DNA of 64,000 nt from Octopus vulgaris (taxonomy: Eukaryota): assembly GCA_951406725.2 (NCBI GenBank), contig OX597816.1:49228001-49292000 (forward strand), given 5' to 3'. The position numbers and the translations under genes were made by a program. Under the pieces are notes generated by a model that had not been told where the DNA came from, did no database searches, and saw nothing but the letters and a program-made list of their open reading frames with translations. This document shows positions 14,136 through 27,724 of this stretch, one piece after another. Numbering within the stretch: position 1 is the first letter of the stretch; the number at the start of each line of letters is the position of its first letter.

Positions 14136-14760
14136 TAAAAGTATTCAAAATATGTAGCAAAATAAATTGGTCTTTGATGTAACCGTCTCCAAACCAATTT
14201 ATCTCTGATATACTGATAATATTTGTATTAAGGGTGACAACTTCCTCGATTACTTTATCTCCCTTTCCTTCCCTATTCAGAGTACTGACATTCCACATGC
14301 CTATTCTAAGTTTCATCTGGCATAATTTCAGATATGCTTTCCCAGCTGATCATTCTGCTGGATTTGAGCCAACTTTGGTTTTATGGCCATGCTCACTTCC
14401 TTGCTGAGGTGTCTCTTCCTTATAATCTTCAACAAGGTCATCCACAACGATCCCACATATCTTCAGTGTTACTGATTGTTTCTATTTGGATTTTATTGGC
14501 ATTTCTTTTTGGTAGTACGTAATAGGGCTAGAATGCTTTTCCCGATGATAGGCTGATATCATTTTCGTGACTCTCCGTCTCTTTTGTCTTATCCCCAACA
14601 CCAATTCTACGTCTTCAAGTCCATTCCCCAGCTTGGCTATTCTGCACTAACCAGCGTTGAAGCTTTCGTGTAATTAAGGCGAGCTATTCCTAACCTCAGG
14701 CTTAACCATTGGGTTCATTCACATACTTTAGCTGGTCAGTGGAAACTAGGAACCAAGTCG
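14131..14760 (-). mobile_element. RTE-clade LINE 5' fragment (AP endonuclease N-terminus)
   Basis: ORF 14131-14316 MKLRIGMWNVSTLNREGK...NIISISEINWFGDG matches the RTE APE motif LRIGTWNVRTL...ISE.RW.G.G; the upstream limit is approximate. Confidence 0.75.
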
Positions 14761-15045
14761 TGGTCATTGCCGCAAACGACAACATCCGTGGGGCAATAAA
14801 TGAACCAGATGGAGAGATGGAAGCCAAATAGTGTTCCGGCCAACGTTGGAAGGTAAGCGAGTGACTCTCTTTGTGCGATACCGTGAGCTTTTGTAACCTC
14901 GTCTTCCTAGGTATGTATTTATGTATGTATGTATGTATGTATGTATGTATGTATGTATGTATGTATGTATGTATGTATGCATTTATGTATGTATGTATGT
15001 ATGTATGTATGTATGTATGTATGTATGTATGTATGTATGCATGTA

Positions 15046-15081
<36 letters not shown>

Positions 15082-15099
15082 GATAGTTAGTTAGATAGT

Positions 15100-15148
<49 letters not shown>

Positions 15149-15674
15149 CGTTCGCAGGATAGACGGCTGCAGAGAGAGAAATAGAGAATCAGAGGCATAA
15201 AAAATAGAGATAGATAGATAAACAGATAGATAGAGATGTCTTTACATATATCGGTATACCAATATATATGGATTTGTGTTTGTATATGCATGAATACTAT
15301 GTAAATGTATTCGCATGTATGTGAATGTAAATGTGTATATGCGTTAATAAGTATAAATATTTATGTTTGTATTATGCAAAATTATATATACCAATGTTTG
15401 TGTGTATATGTGTGTTCATGTGTGCGTGCATAAGTATGTATGTGTATGTGTGTGTGCGTGCGCGCGCGTGTATAAACTTCTAGATATTAAAATAAAAGAC
15501 GATTGAATAGGTTTTACTGAAGAATGATAGTTATGAATATTTACAACCAGAAGGTCGACAGTGGGTTGTAAAACTTAAGAAGTGTGTGTATATATATATA
15601 TACATACTTTCATATAAATATCCATATATATATATATATATATGTATAATATATACATATATATATATATATAA

Positions 15675-15745
<71 letters not shown>

Positions 15746-16323
15746 TGTATGTATGTATATACCTATATATACACCCAGAAATGTACATGCGTTTGTATAT
15801 GAATCTGTGTACGCTGTTATATATGTATACATATGTATAGACATATACATAATATACAAGTTATTTGTATGCATTGTATGCGTGGTTATGTGGGAGTCTA
15901 TAACATAATATATGTTGATTAGCTGTGGGGAGAAAACAATTCAAGGTATAATTTATTTTGTTGAGTTTAATTTTCTTTACTGATATTGTCAGTTTTGCGA
16001 GCAACATAGCTGATTTGGTTGGTAAACTTGGAATGACAAATGCCGTATATAACGAGTATGGGTGTTATTGGCGGTGACTGAATTTGAACTATTGCTGATG
16101 AGGGTCACCGCTGAGAAATAATAAACAAATATGCCCCAGACAGCTAAAGAGAATGGATAAAATATGAAAAGTGTTATGGATATAAATATTCATATTAGGA
16201 AGAACCTCTCATAAGAATCATATATAGAATTGTATAGACATATAGACACACAAATACGCTCAGACGCGTGTATATACATACACACACACACACACATATA
16301 TATATATTTATATATATATATAT

Positions 16324-16378
<55 letters not shown>

Positions 16379-16404
16379 TATATATATGTACATATATACA
16401 TATA

Positions 16405-19400
16405 TAAGGAGGAAAAGGCAAAACAATCAAAGCTGAAACTCCAACCCACCACACAAACAGCAGAGAACCCCATGGAGGATCCAATGCCACCCAGTACACT
16501 TCAGGAAAGAAGAAATCTGGAAGGCACCGAAGAACCTGTAAATTCTACCTGCGGGGCAAATGTTGGCAAGGGGAGGACGGCAAGAACTGCCGGTTCGCTC
16601 ACCCGACACCTCGGCAGAACTTCAGGGGACTCAAAGAGAAGAGCTTTACTGAGGGAAGACAAGAAATGCCTTCCAGGAAAACAATCAGAAAAGAAGTGTG
16701 CTCCGCAGATGTTCTGCGCAACCCAGTAGCTTAGCAACAGTCTTTTTTGTACATGGCGCAAAGGATTGTCAAGCAGCTAACCTAGCTGCACAAGGCACAG
16801 AGAAGGAGCCCTGCCCACCACTATGCAAGACCACCACAGTCAACAGACACGGGATTGCCTCCCCTAACGCCTGCACAGCCGTCACCCCAATACTTTTACT
16901 AAATATTGGGGGCCTGTTGCATCAAAATAGAAACAAAATTTCTTTCCTCAGAGATCTTACTGCATGCCATCAAGCCCTATGCATAGCACTCGTGGAAACT
17001 CACCTCAGCCCTGATATAAAGGACGCAGAAGTACACATACCAAACTATGCCATACTGCGAACAGACAGAAGGGAAAGGAGCCATGATGGAGTTGCTGTAT
17101 ACATCCGAGATGACCTCACACCCCAGGTCTTAAAGACATAATCAAATTCGGTATGTGACACTTCAATTGTATACATAAGACAATATAATATAGTCATATG
17201 CAATACATATTGCCCACCGGATGCTCCAAATCACATAGGCAAGTTTGAAGATTGCCTCACAAGAATTAAAAAAATCCTCATGAATCTGGAATACCACGTG
17301 ACCATATATCTTATGGGTGATTTCAACTTCCCCAACGTCAAATGGCCCGAAGGCCTCATACTCTCAGGAATGAATCATTGCAAGCAAGTACAGGTGGAGT
17401 CCCTGCTCAACCTCACCAATGCCTTATTCATGGAGCAAGTTGTACTCAAACCAACTAGGGCGAATAACATTCTGGATCTCTGCTTCACGAAGAATATGGA
17501 CATCATTCATGATGTGAAAGTGACACCGACATCAGCTTCGGATCACAACATAATAGAGCTGCCTATGTTTGGGCCGAAAGTAACTAGAGACATACAGCCT
17601 AAAGGAAGCACCCAAAATCTCTCCAATCTGAACTTCCACAGAGCAGATTGGAAATCGATCCAAAAAGAGATCCTCTGAGAGGACTGGCCGGAATGTCTCT
17701 CCACACTAGACATTGACATGAAACTAGAATGTTTCATGTCTTCTGTGCAAGCCGTATGCCAGAAATATGTCCCAGAGCACAAGGCCAAAACAAATAGGAG
17801 CAAGATTCCAAGAGACAGGAAGATCCTCATGAGACGACGGACGAAGGTTGCAAATCGTCTCAACCAACATCCCAAAAGTAGCGAGCGTCCCGCCTAAAAA
17901 CAACACTGATGGAGATCGAAAAAAGGCTGCAACAATCCTATGTGAGAGAGAAAGCAGACCAAGAAGCCTGGGTTATAAAAAACATTAAATCAAACCCAAA
18001 GGCCTTCTTTCATTACGCGAAAGAAACAGTCTCAGTACATTACAAGATAGGACCCCTCCTGCAAAAGGGTGGCTCCCTCACAGACACTCCAACCAAGATC
18101 AGTGAGATGCTGAATGACCAGTTCAAAAGTGTCTTTACCACCCCGTTGGAACACAGTCACGTGAACGAACCAGCGGACTTTTTTGCCGCCTCACCTATAA
18201 CCAGCGAGGCGGTTACAATAGAATGTATTGACATTAGCGAAGAAGATGTCCTACTAGCCATAGATGAAGTGGACACTTAACTACATTATATTTTGCTTGT
18301 TTCAGTCATTGGACAGCGCTCATTCTGGAGCACCACACTATACTTATTTTTCCTAGCAATCCTCCTCAAAGCGTGTAAGCATGCTCTGGCAAAACCCCTC
18401 AAGATTCTCTTCCAGAGCATTCTTACAAATGGCAAACTGCCAAGCAAGCTGAAGGAGGGAATAATATGCCCAATACATAAAGTAGAGCAGATGCCAAAAA
18501 CTATAGGCCTATCTCTCTGACTTCACACATCAACAAAGTCATGGAACGGATAGTCAGAAAGAAGCTAATCGCATTCCTTGAGGAAAATAACTTGCTGAGT
18601 GATACCCAGCATGGTTTTCGACCAGGTAGGAGCTGCCTGACACAGCTCTTACAAAATTATGACTGGGTGTTTAGGCAGTTGCTCAACAAATCAAATGTGG
18701 ACGTAATCTACCTTGATTTTGCAAAAGCTTTTGTCAAGGTGGATCATGGTATGATATGCCACAAACTGCGTGACCTCGGCATAGCTGGAAAACTTGGAGT
18801 GTGGTTACATGACTTCCTGAAAGATAGGAGTCAGGCAGTAGTGGTTAATGGAGCCACCTCTATGAACACACAAATAGTGAGCGGTGTTCCACAGGCCACT
18901 GTCTTGGGAACACTGCTTTTTATAGTGGCCTTCTCAGATATGCCCTCAAACGCCCGGATAGCAACTCTGGCAAGCTATGCAGACGATACGAAAGTCTCGC
19001 AGAAAATACAGAACCCCAGCGATGTTGCACGTCTGCAGCAGGAGTTGGACTCAATCTACAGATGGGTTGAGGATAATAATATGCAGTTTAATGCTGAAAA
19101 ATTCCAGGCCCTGCGCTATCAGCATCCAAAACTGACTATTAAACTTACAGAATACACCGGTCCACAGGGAATTTCAGTCCCAGAGCCTAAGTCTGTGAGG
19201 GACCTGGGTATCGACATGAGTGATGATACCTCTTTCCAAGCGCACATTACCCGGATACCGACAAAGTGCAGACGACTAGCTGGGTGGATCCTAAGAACAT
19301 TCAGAACCAGAGATAAGGAAACCATGATGGTCCTCTGGCGGACATTCGTCCTCAGCCGCCTGGATTACTGCTCACAGCTATGATCACCCACCAGTGTAAA

Positions 19401-19760
19401 ATTAACAGCGAACCTTGAAGCAATCCAGAGAAGATTCACAAAGAAGATCGTCACTTTGCAACAGTTCAGCTCCTGGGAAAGGTTGAAACAGCTAAGACTC
19501 TACTCCCTGGAGAGAAGACGGAGGGGTATGCAGTAATATATGTCTGGAATATCCTGGAAGGAATTGTGCCAAATTTTGGCATTGTAAGCTACACCAATGC
19601 TAGAACGGGACGACACTGCATAGTGCCAAAGATCCCAGCAATGCCAACGCGCTTCAGGACCAGCTACTGCAACAGCGTGTGTTTCAAGGGCCCACAGATT
19701 TTTAATATTCTCCCAAAGAGTCTGAGGTACTTGCACAAAGTAGATGTAGCGGTTCTTAAA
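16405..19760 (+). mobile_element. CR1-group LINE, decayed, 3'-truncated
   Basis: CCCH finger TCKFYLRGKCWQGEDGKNCRFAHP (16534-16605); APE motifs LLNIGGL, IALVETHL, MGDFNFP, NILDLCFT, SDHN; RT motifs QHGFRPGRSC, YLDFAKAF, SGVPQATVLG, YADD, RDLG, SRLDYCS; inserted in (TA)n. Confidence 0.92.
16870..19760 (+). pseudogene. LINE ORF2 (APE-RT) pseudogene
   Basis: Split across ORFs 16698-17141, 17280-17678, 17909-18280, 18293-18520, 18541-19383 and 19566-; stops and frameshifts; FDKV mutated to FVKV. Confidence 0.9.
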
Positions 19761-19819
19761 TCTATCTATCTATGTATCTCTCTCTCTCTCTCTCTCTCTC
19801 TCTACATGAGTGATGATAC

Positions 19820-19869
<50 letters not shown>

Positions 19870-19870
19870 T

Positions 19871-20181
19871 TAGAAAAGGAGATGTGGAACACGAGTTGTG
19901 ATATATAAAAAAGGAAATGAAGAAAATGCTGACAAAATAATTTAAGTAATTTAAGTAATTTAATTAGGTGGAAAGTTCTTTTTACCGGTTGCGCATTTGT
20001 TATGCTTATCAAAAGATTAGAGTTCCTTTCTGATAGATTTTTTCCTCTTATCTGATAAGAGGAAAAAATCTATCAGAAAGGAACTCTAATCTTTTGATAA
20101 GCATAACAAATGCGCAACCGGTAAAAAGAACTTTCACCTAATTAAATTACTTAAATTATTTTGTCAGCATTTTCTTCATTT

Positions 20182-20185
<4 letters not shown>
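19871..20185. mobile_element. Near-perfect palindrome of PLE 3' ends with two hammerhead motifs
   Basis: Arms 19911-20052 and 20054-20185 with a 1-nt centre (20053); each arm has TCTTT TTGATAA-like core GCAT aacaa ATGC GCAA CCGG TA AAAAGA; (TA)n on both sides. Confidence 0.85.
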
Positions 20186-20238
<53 letters not shown>

Positions 20239-20628
20239 TAGATAGATAGATAGACAGACAGATAAGTAAAGATATATCTTTTATTAATATTTTCTTTTTC
20301 AGTCACCAATCTCTATCCAGGCTTATATACCGTTTCAATAATTTTAATCAAACAAATCGACTCTAGTGCTTTTGCTTTCTTAAGCCTGGCACTTATTCTA
20401 TCCGGCATTTTTTTCCTGAAACACTGTTGTAAAGCGGTGGATGCGGAGAAACAGACACAAAAACAAACATGCACACTTACATACAGGTGCACACTCACGC
20501 ACGCGCTGAGACGCACACACACACACCTATATATATATATATATATATATTTCAAAATGTGACCTCGTGTGTACCGTTGGCGATTTTTTTCCTCTGTCTT
20601 CCCTTCTCTGGATCTTTCCTTCTCCTAT

Positions 20629-20663
20629 GTTTCCGACGAAGAGCTCCGCTCGAAACGTTAAAC
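20629..20663 (+). ncRNA. Minimal type-I hammerhead motif in a PLE pLTR fragment (20550-20765)
   Basis: GTTT CCGACGA a GAGC tcc GCTC GAAA CG TT AAAC; stem I GTTT/AAAC, palindromic stem III, U4C change; (TA)n on both sides. Confidence 0.7.
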
Positions 20664-20760
20664 CCTCCTTCTTTCCTGAGCGTCCAATAACACTATATTT
20701 GTTCCACGTCCTCGCGTTGTTGTGCTTTTTTGTGTTTTTTTTTGTGTTTTCTTGTTTGGA

Positions 20761-20839
<79 letters not shown>

Positions 20840-20953
20840 CCTTTCAGTCTCCGCCTACCAAATCCAAAGCTTTAGCCAGTCCGAAGCTATAGTAGAACTT
20901 TACCCAACGTACCACGTAAATCTATCAATCTCTCTCTCTCTCTCTCTCTCTCT

Positions 20954-21031
<78 letters not shown>

Positions 21032-24000
21032 ATATATTAGTCGTCGAAAAGATCATGTGTTCTATCCGAATATGTTGCATGTTAAGAAGTCTTTTACATA
21101 GTTTTATATAACCCCAAAACTTATGAATGAATTTGAAAAGACATAAATACTATGAATGCATATTGTATGGATTGAAAGTACAATTTCAGTGTCCAGTACT
21201 GTTGCACTGTGTCACGTTGATATTGCCTAAGAAATACGGTGAGCTGTCAAAGATAACGATGTCTGTGAAACGTTCAGCTACTTATGCACCAAACCAAAGA
21301 TCAAGCTACTTCATTTCGTCAAAATTCTGCAATGTTCTTCGTCGAAACCGACAAAGATCCATTTCTTTTTTTGTGTATTTATGAATGCTAAGAAGTTTGA
21401 AAGAGTTTTTGCAATATCTTCGTTTATATGTAAACATTCATTCCAAATCGAAAAACGAAACTAGTATTTTCCTGATAAGTTTTCGAGATATCCTGCTCAA
21501 ATCTTATTAAAATTATACACCAATTATATTTTCATTCCGAATTTATGCATTTAAATTTAGGTGAGAAATCCAATAATTTACATGCATGTTTTATCTTCTT
21601 GGTGGGATTAGCTTGCTAAAAAGCGTCGAAGAGCAATTTATTTTAGATTAGTATTCAGCTGAAAGATATGCCTATCAATATCAGATAACAATATGCCATC
21701 AGAAGCAGCAGACTGACTGGATTTGACATATCATTTTACAGTTTCTATTAATGACTATTTAAAGAAGATTGTCCGCCGTGGCTGCTATAATGCTTCGTAT
21801 ATTGAAATAGATATCAATTCCATGAACACATACACACAAGTGTACATAAAGTAGGCAAAGAAAGAGAGAAAGAAAACGATAAACAGACCTTTGGGAACCG
21901 TTATTGTGTTGTATACCGTTTGCATTAGAATTCAACAAAAGGATTTCTGTAATTGCATATCATAATAAACATCTATTGGAAGTGATTCCGTGTAAATATG
22001 ACAAAACAAATGTTTAACTTTTTGCTTCTTTGATTTATGTTGTATTTGTAATTTAATGATGGCAAAAGAAGATGTCAAATAGACAGATGCAAATATAGTT
22101 TGAATATCCAAAACACGGCCACGCAAGCATGCAAATAGAGGGATATAAATTATAGAAACGACAGAGAAAATGCGTCGTATGCTTGAAGCTATTTTGTTCT
22201 CTGCATATATAGTTTTCTGCTCTCACGTGGAAAACAACTTCTGATTTATTTCTGCTCGAACTGGATGACTTTATTGTTCTCTATCCAAGAAAGAATACAA
22301 ATTAGAAATATAAATGAATCACTGATAAAATTTGGGTGAACGGCAAAATTAGATACCTTACATAACTCGTTTGATACTGGACTGTTTTAGGTTCAACAAA
22401 CAGCATATCATATCTTGTTTTACCTCCTGCAATTATGGACTAGCAACATTCGTTATATTTCTCAACGCGTTATGAACTGTACCTGTAAAGGAAACGAAAT
22501 ATGGCCTAGAATAATGATTATGAACAGAAAACTTACATTCACACGTATTTTGAATAAATTAACTGATCTGAGTTCAAAGTTTTCGGAGTCGATATTGTAT
22601 TTCATATATCCAATCGTAAGCAAATCACCACGTAATGCAGTGTTTATGTTATTTGATTATACCCTGCCTTCATGAATTTTCCATATACATAGACAATGAT
22701 TTCTTTATTGACTTCAGTACTATTCCTTGTGTGTTCATTGCTTGTTAGGCGAAACGCATATATGAGTAATCTTGTATTCTAATTAGGAAATATAATTAGG
22801 CTGCAAAAGAAAACCTGGATTATGAAATATAAATCGAATTAAAAAGGAAGCAAATATAGCTGCAATGAAATCACAATATCTTTATTATTTCTTCCTTACC
22901 CAACGCCATATAATTCGAACAAACAAGGAAGCCTATACCTAGCCTCTTGTCCTGCTAAAAATAGCAGCTATATGTTGCTCTATATACTTTAAAAGGGAGG
23001 ACGCATCAGATAATCTAGTCCTAGTTACAAATAGCAGACGGAATGCCTTTAATAACAGTTCTAGATAATTAGACATGATCTTGAGATGAACAACACATAT
23101 AGTTTTAAAGGCCTTTAGTAAAAATCTTCCATTTCACTACGTTTTAGCTTAGAACTGAGGTGGGTTTATATTTGGAAGAAGACCAATTCGCCTGTTTATG
23201 ATATAACAAATCTGACATAATGTGTTGTCACTTAGTTCTTGACATATGTCTGGACATTCGAGACTGATCGAATATATTTCGTTGCGACGTTCAATAAGTC
23301 AGTTTTCCTTCTCCAGTAAGTGATGTGTATTTAAGAAATCATTGTCGCTTCGTACTAATATGTCAGAGGGATGTGCTGGTATTATTGAGGTTGTTGTTGT
23401 TTGTGTTGTCGACATAGCTGTTGTATAACCAGAAGTTAGATCTGTACCAAAAGATATTTAATCAAAGGAATTTAATCGGTGTAGCCTTGGCCTTGACTAT
23501 AATAACAAAAACAAACATATAAAACTAAAGAACACCTTTTTTTTTCCAATACGATGCTCTGAAGTTAAGTTTAATTGGTTTAGAAATTCAATTATTCATT
23601 GCATGACTTCATTATATACAAGTTTGAAAATAAAATGAATAGACGTGTCCTGTTTCTTCAAACATACTTTCGTTCTCGGTAATAGATACCAAACTATTTT
23701 CCTGAGCAAAAAGAAAATGTAACGTGAATTAATCAGTTTAACTTAGCAATCAATTAAAATAATAGTTTCTTTTGACTAAGCAGAAGAAAAATAAAAATCG
23801 TGTTTCAGAAGTAGAAATTGGTTGTTGTGACGTCAGGGATCCCCAAGGGCATTAGGGAAGTCAAATAGTTAGGTTTCGAATCGGGATGAAAAGTAAGTTG
23901 GATTCTTGACTTGCAGAGACGTTATCGTTTGTCCTACTTCTCATCAAATAATAGTTACTGTTTATGGAGGTAATAGTGGCAATGTTCTGCTTAACGAAAA

Positions 24001-24313
24001 CACTGACAGAGCAGACTGATGTATGATAACGGGCCATCTATCAGTGGCCTTCGTATTGCTTTAAGTTAATCTAGCCCTACATTATCGAATTACAGAATTT
24101 AACTTTCATTTTCAAGGCGGTTTGGCCCCTCTTTCATCCATGCCAGAGCACCACATAAGCGTTTCTCGTGGACTCAATAATTTTTTTAATGCGAGTACAA
24201 TGCACACAGCATGGGCACAGTTAGTTACATCAACTTATGCCTCAAGTACTCCTTATTTTATCAATCTCTGAAGAAAGGAAACCCATATTACTATCGCTGG
24301 TATTTAAACATAA

Positions 24314-24660
24314 AGGCGTATGGCTTAATGGTCAGAGCGTCGAGTTTACATACCATCGTGAGATTCTGCGTTCAATTCTCGGACTGGGCTGTGTGTTGTG
24401 TTCTTGAGCAAGACACTTTATTTCAAATTACTAGTTCACTCAGATGCAGAAATGAGTTGCAATGTCATTGGTGTCAAGCTCTATTGGCAGTTATTTTCCC
24501 CTTGGATAACATCGGTGTTGTGAAGAGAGGAGACTGGTATGCACGGGTAACTGCTGAACTTCCACTAGTAACATTTCCCAGACTTGTGCCTCAGAGAGAA
24601 CATTCTAGCTGCAATCCCGTGGTCATTCCTCACCGGAGCAGGGAAGAGCTTAACCTTTTT
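24314..24660 (+). mobile_element. tRNA-derived SINE (family D)
   Basis: GGCGTATGGCTTAATGG A-box, GTTCAATTC B-box, core TTGTGTTCTTGAGCAAGACACTT...AGTTCACTCAG. Confidence 0.65.
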
Positions 24661-24899
24661 ATCTGAATATAAATAAATGCCAATAATTACCGAAACAGAT
24701 ATTGTCCTGAGTATAACATTTAACTGAATCCGGTCATGGGACCTTGTTTGGGGTTTACCAGGGTTTTAAGGAAGTCGAACTACCTCTTAGTATTCCTTGA
24801 TGTTCTTTGACATGGAAAAGTAGCACCTATTAGTGTCCCAGCCATGGGATGAGCAACATGTCCTTTGGGGGTGTGTGTCACTGGATTTTTTCCGAAGGT

Positions 24900-25345
24900 C
24901 ACTGACAGATATCCCCAAAAGACTCAAGGATGAGGAAGCCCATCAGCCCCTTAGCTGCTCATTTAGGAGAAGGTACTGAGTTTGTAGAACTTGTTGCACG
25001 CGAATGAATACAAGTTTAAAGGACGGAAGAGTAGGGATGGCTTTGCAAAAATCACGCAGAGAATAGTGAGAGAAATTTATTGGGCGTTTATAAATAGCTA
25101 AGGTGATTAAGAAAATTATCCATACAGAAAATCCGGAGGGGGATGGATATTTAAGACAAGCAAGTACGGTTATACTCGATCAATATCTGTCATCTCATGC
25201 GGCGTGGAGGATGCGGTGAACTTATTAATTTGTCTTTCCTTCAAGGCGTAGCCATCAGTAGAGCAATGGTAAATGCATTTGGAAACAGCCAAGGCATAGC
25301 AGGTTTGAGTGTTACTGACTCCGCAATACCGTTGAATAACGGATG
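24900..25345 (-). mobile_element. Highly decayed LINE 3' region (tentative)
   Basis: Minus-strand remnants resemble the AIRL...LQPL..RRAVS.LCIFY C-terminus of LINE ORF2; heavily frameshifted. Confidence 0.35.
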
Positions 25346-25454
25346 AAACATTTTCCGAACAATTTTCTAATAGTTTTCACCTTCACCTTTCATTTGAATA
25401 TGAATTAATAATGGAACTCAACTTTTGGCACAAGGTTAGCAAGTTACAAGAGGA

Positions 25455-25620
25455 GTGGGGGATAAGTCAATTACATCGATCTTAGTGCTCAACTGGTACG
25501 TATTTTATCGTTACTAAAAGGATGAAAGTCGAATTTGAGCTTAGAACATAAAGACGGACGAAATGCTGCAAACAAAGTATTTTGCCCGGCGAGCTAACGA
25601 TTCTCTTAGCTGGCCGCCTT
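25455..25620 (-). mobile_element. Family A SINE (partial)
   Basis: Reverse complement of the aaggcggccagctaagagaatcgttagc head and the gtaccagttgagcact core. Confidence 0.7.
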
Positions 25621-27248
25621 GAATATGAATTAATAATTAAAACCTTTGGGCATGAATGGAAAATGATTTTTGCAAAATTTAAAAGCAAATATCCTGAAAC
25701 AATAAGACTCTCATCTCACGGTTCAATACCTTCTGAAACTTCCGTTTTATCAATTCCAAAGCATTTGTGTAGGATAGACTTTATTAAACTTTTTTCTTTT
25801 ATGCTGCTTTTAGAAAATATATCTTTCTTATTCTAGATTTGGTGCTGATATCTTTTTCGAACTCCTGTATGATAAGTCATAGTATTCACCTTAGCAGAAA
25901 TGAACTATATAGAAACTTATTCTTATAATAAGACAGCTGTGAGAACTGATATAGTTTCTTCCATAAATCTACGCAAAATATCTCACTTTAAAAGAAAGTA
26001 CTCCATGTTAAGAAAGCATTTTGTCACATGATATAAATACATTATACTCATCCCTTTGTAGCACTGCCCGTTCATATAATGTTATATAAAAAATCTTGAT
26101 GGAAGGATGAGAAAAATGTTTCTTTTAAAATGTTTCGAGAAACCGCCCTAACTGCATTGTTATCTAGCAAAAGCAGAATGCGAATTTTATAACATTTCAA
26201 AAGTTAACCATGTCTTTTGCATAAAGTATATTCTTTTGAGAAATTATAAGAAAAAGAATTGTTAACCCAAGAAAGAATAAATAGGAATTACAGGATCAAA
26301 GAGAAAATATTTTAAAGTGACACTAACAGTTGACAATAACTCACACACACAGACACACACAGACACACACAAAACAAAATCTATTTACAATGCGTATTTT
26401 GGTTTAATTTAATAATGAAATCTCAAGAAATCAATAGTTATGATGTAGGACTTTTTTCTTGAAATGGCTAAGAATTGAATTCTTTTTCTAAACAGGTCTG
26501 ATTGGAGAAAGAAACATTTGGACAGTCTTCTTCTTCATCAACCTTTCTCTTGTTTGTTGTCTAAAATACTTAAGCAAATTCACTAACATGAGAAAACTTC
26601 TGGCAAAATATAGATTAATGCCATTTAATCTCGCAATATATGCCGTATAAAAGGGACGAACGTCACAAGTGCCACACGTTACATTTGACATAAAACAAAA
26701 CATTTTTATGCATATATCTGTAAATAATATCAAAACAAATCGTGCGTGTTCAGCTTCCGCTGGTATTCACACCAATAAAATTGTTTCGATATTCAATAAT
26801 AATGTTCTACAATATGTGTGAATAAAATTCTCAGACTAAAATTTCCTTTCATTCATCTGATATCGATGATATAAGAAAGAATCCAGCACTAGAGTATTTC
26901 AATAGTTAAACATGTATTGAAAACAAATTCATTATCGTTTATAATAGAAGATATCGTATACGAATACGTTTGTGTAAATAATGCGATGTCAGATAGAACG
27001 ACTTGGTAATGAGTATATATGCATATTTCAAGAGTCATAGCTCTTTCACTAGTTCCACTTTCAACTTATAAATGATCTTTGAATGCATTACTTAAATACC
27101 GACTAAGTTTAGCGTTGTTATAAAATAAGTAGACGACTTTACATATTAAATACATTTGTGGCAACTAGCACTTGCTAAGAAGGACACAGTATGTCGTTTT
27201 CCATATGCACATACGACCATTACGTAGTTTTCTATCTTCGATCGTATT

Positions 27249-27320
<72 letters not shown>

Positions 27321-27339
27321 ATATATATATGTATATATG

Positions 27340-27712
27340 GGCGGCGAACCGGCAGAATCGTAAACACGCCGGGGAGAGATGCGTAGCCGTATTTCGACTG
27401 CCGTTACGTTCTGAGTTTAAATTCCGCCGAGGTCGACTTTGCTTTTCATCCATTCGGGGTCGATAAATTATGTACCAGTTACGCACTGGAGTCGATGTAA
27501 TTGACTTAATTCGTTTGTCTGTCCTTGCTTATCCTCTCTGTGTTTAGACCCTTGTCGGTAGTAAAGAAATAGTTATTTCGTCTATTGTTACGTTCTGAGT
27601 TCAAATTCCGCCGACATCGACTTTGCTTTTCGGAGACGATTAAACACGTACCAGTTACACTCAGTCCTTGTGTGTCCCCTTTATGTTTAGCCCCCTGTGG
27701 GCAATAAAGAAA
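27340..27712 (+). mobile_element. Family A SINE with tandem partial second unit
   Basis: ggcggcgaaccggcagaatcg head; core; tail tgtcc...ttagccccctgtgggcaataaagaaa; second unit from ~27572. Confidence 0.85.
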
Positions 27713-27724
27713 TATATATGTGTA

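Noticed and set aside
15512-15575. gttttaCTGAAGA...taaaac hammerhead-like motif
   Set aside because: Stem I is plausible, but GAAA and stems II/III are not supported.
16092-16152. CTGATGA GGG...CCC hammerhead-like motif
   Set aside because: GAAA and UH are not intact; probably a fossil HHR but too degraded to call.
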